Below are positions 62,898 through 64,000 of a stretch of DNA of 64,000 bases, in pieces. This DNA is from Octopus bimaculoides (lineage: Eukaryota), in the NCBI RefSeq assembly GCF_001194135.2, contig NC_068986.1, positions 106,629,904 to 106,693,903 of the forward strand, in the 5' to 3' direction. Positions within the stretch are counted from its first letter, which is position 1. Every line of letters begins with the position of its first letter. The position numbers and the translations under genes are program-made. Below the pieces are notes generated by a model, which was not told where the DNA came from, searched no databases, and saw only the letters and a list, made by a program, of their open reading frames with translations.

Positions 62898-63099
62898 ATA
62901 TTTTTCTACTCTATGCACAAGGGACGAAAGTATGGCGGAGGAGGGACAGTCGATTAGATCGACCCCAGTAGGCAACTGGTACTTAGTTTAGCGAACCCGA
63001 AAGGACGAAAGGCAAAGTCGACCTCGGCGGAATTTGAAATCAGAACATAAAGAGAGACAAAACATCGCTAAGCATTTCGTCCGGCGTGCTCGCCGCAAA
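62898..63099 (-). mobile_element. SINE family 3 insertion with a perfect 13-bp target-site duplication
   Basis: tcatgaccgatat at 62885-62897 and 63100-63112; the site is empty in A, B and C. Confidence 0.85.
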
Positions 63100-63370
63100 T
63101 CATGACCGATATGGAACGCGACAAATAACACAGGAGAATTTAGAAAATTAGGACAGAAGAATACAAAATCATTTGGCGATGGAGACGAACCCTCAATTAG
63201 GAAATTCCATCTGGGGACATGTAATGCAATGTATTAATTAATGAAGGAGGGAGTTATTTTCCATGAATACTGGTTGTAATTCTAGCAAACGGAACATGAA
63301 GTTATGAATGAGAGATTCACTAAAGTTCTCAGGCTTCCATTCTATTGGAACATAATTACGCCTCCCCATT

Positions 63371-63474
63371 CAATGCTTACAATTACAAGATTACATAAAG
63401 ATTACATTCAATGCTTACAATTACAAGATTACATACAAGATTACATTCAATGCTTACAATTACAAGATTACATA
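63371..63474. repeat. ~38-39-bp tandem repeat, ~2.7 copies
   Basis: caatgcttacaattacaagattacat... repeated three times. Confidence 0.85.
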
Positions 63475-63499
63475 CATAGTGAGCCGGATTGCTGAAATG

Positions 63500-64000
63500 A
63501 GGTACTACATCCCTTTCTTCATCTTCAAAGTAAACCAATTAAACGCCAATCACATTGATAACGAGGTAAAAATTTAAAAAATTATCAACAGCCGTGGAGA
63601 TCGCACTGGCTAAAATATAGGAGGAGTAGCGACTTTTCTCAATTGTTTCTATGAAAATCTCAAGCAATAATAGAAACAGGCTTCCAAGAGAGAAAAAGTA
63701 CTCAACATGAGAGTCAAAAGACTTTATAAAAATCAACCAATTAAAATACAACCGCAAACAAAAACTACAATCAGCAGCAATAAAAGGCTTGAATTGAAAA
63801 AAAAAACAGCGTCTGCAGTTCAGCGAGAAAACCTACATAGATGCTCGAAGAGCTGCTGACAAAAATTGGGTAATCAAAAAAAAAAACAGTTTCCGAAAAT
63901 GTTTTATTCCTATGCCAACAATCGTAGGGACGCCCTCTCATCCGTTGATCCATTAATTGGTCGACACGCATAAATATGAGACTAATCTTTGTCTTCAATT
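63500..64000 (+). mobile_element. Degenerate LINE segment upstream of D, paralogous to 18340-18850
   Basis: Shared ttttctcaat..ctatgaaaatctcaa..gcttccaagaga..aattgggtaat.aaaaa..gaaa.tgttttattc. Confidence 0.65.

Overview
This is AT-rich, microsatellite- and gap-ridden metazoan genomic DNA. The SINE families and repeat landscape resemble an octopus (coleoid cephalopod) draft assembly; that assignment is an inference. None of the long ORFs in the supplied track is a real gene: they are (TA)n/(CA)n/N-gap or satellite artefacts. The real content is a minus-strand tandem cluster of four paralogs (A-D) of a small spliced gene, which I rebuilt by hand from splice sites conserved between copies. The model is a TATA-like promoter block, a 5'UTR exon, a 70-nt signal-peptide exon starting at ATG, a 132-nt Cys-rich exon and a terminal exon with 68 coding nt followed by AATAAA; both coding introns are phase 1. 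Genes A (7764-15311) and B (30167-39950) each encode an intact 89-aa secreted protein with a C-x6-C-x14-C-x4-C-x16-C-x19-C frame and share 58/89 residues. The motifs resemble the beta-microseminoprotein/PSP94 family, which is a hypothesis. Copy C lacks the middle exon, with a truncated mariner at the deletion, but stays in frame and would give a 45-aa, 2-Cys precursor. Copy D is 3'-truncated. The rest of the window is tRNA-derived SINEs, LINE fragments (Tx1-, CR1/L2/Jockey- and RTE-like), Penelope fragments with hammerhead-like ends, a MITE, a Helentron-like insert and a (GGAAT)n-type satellite.
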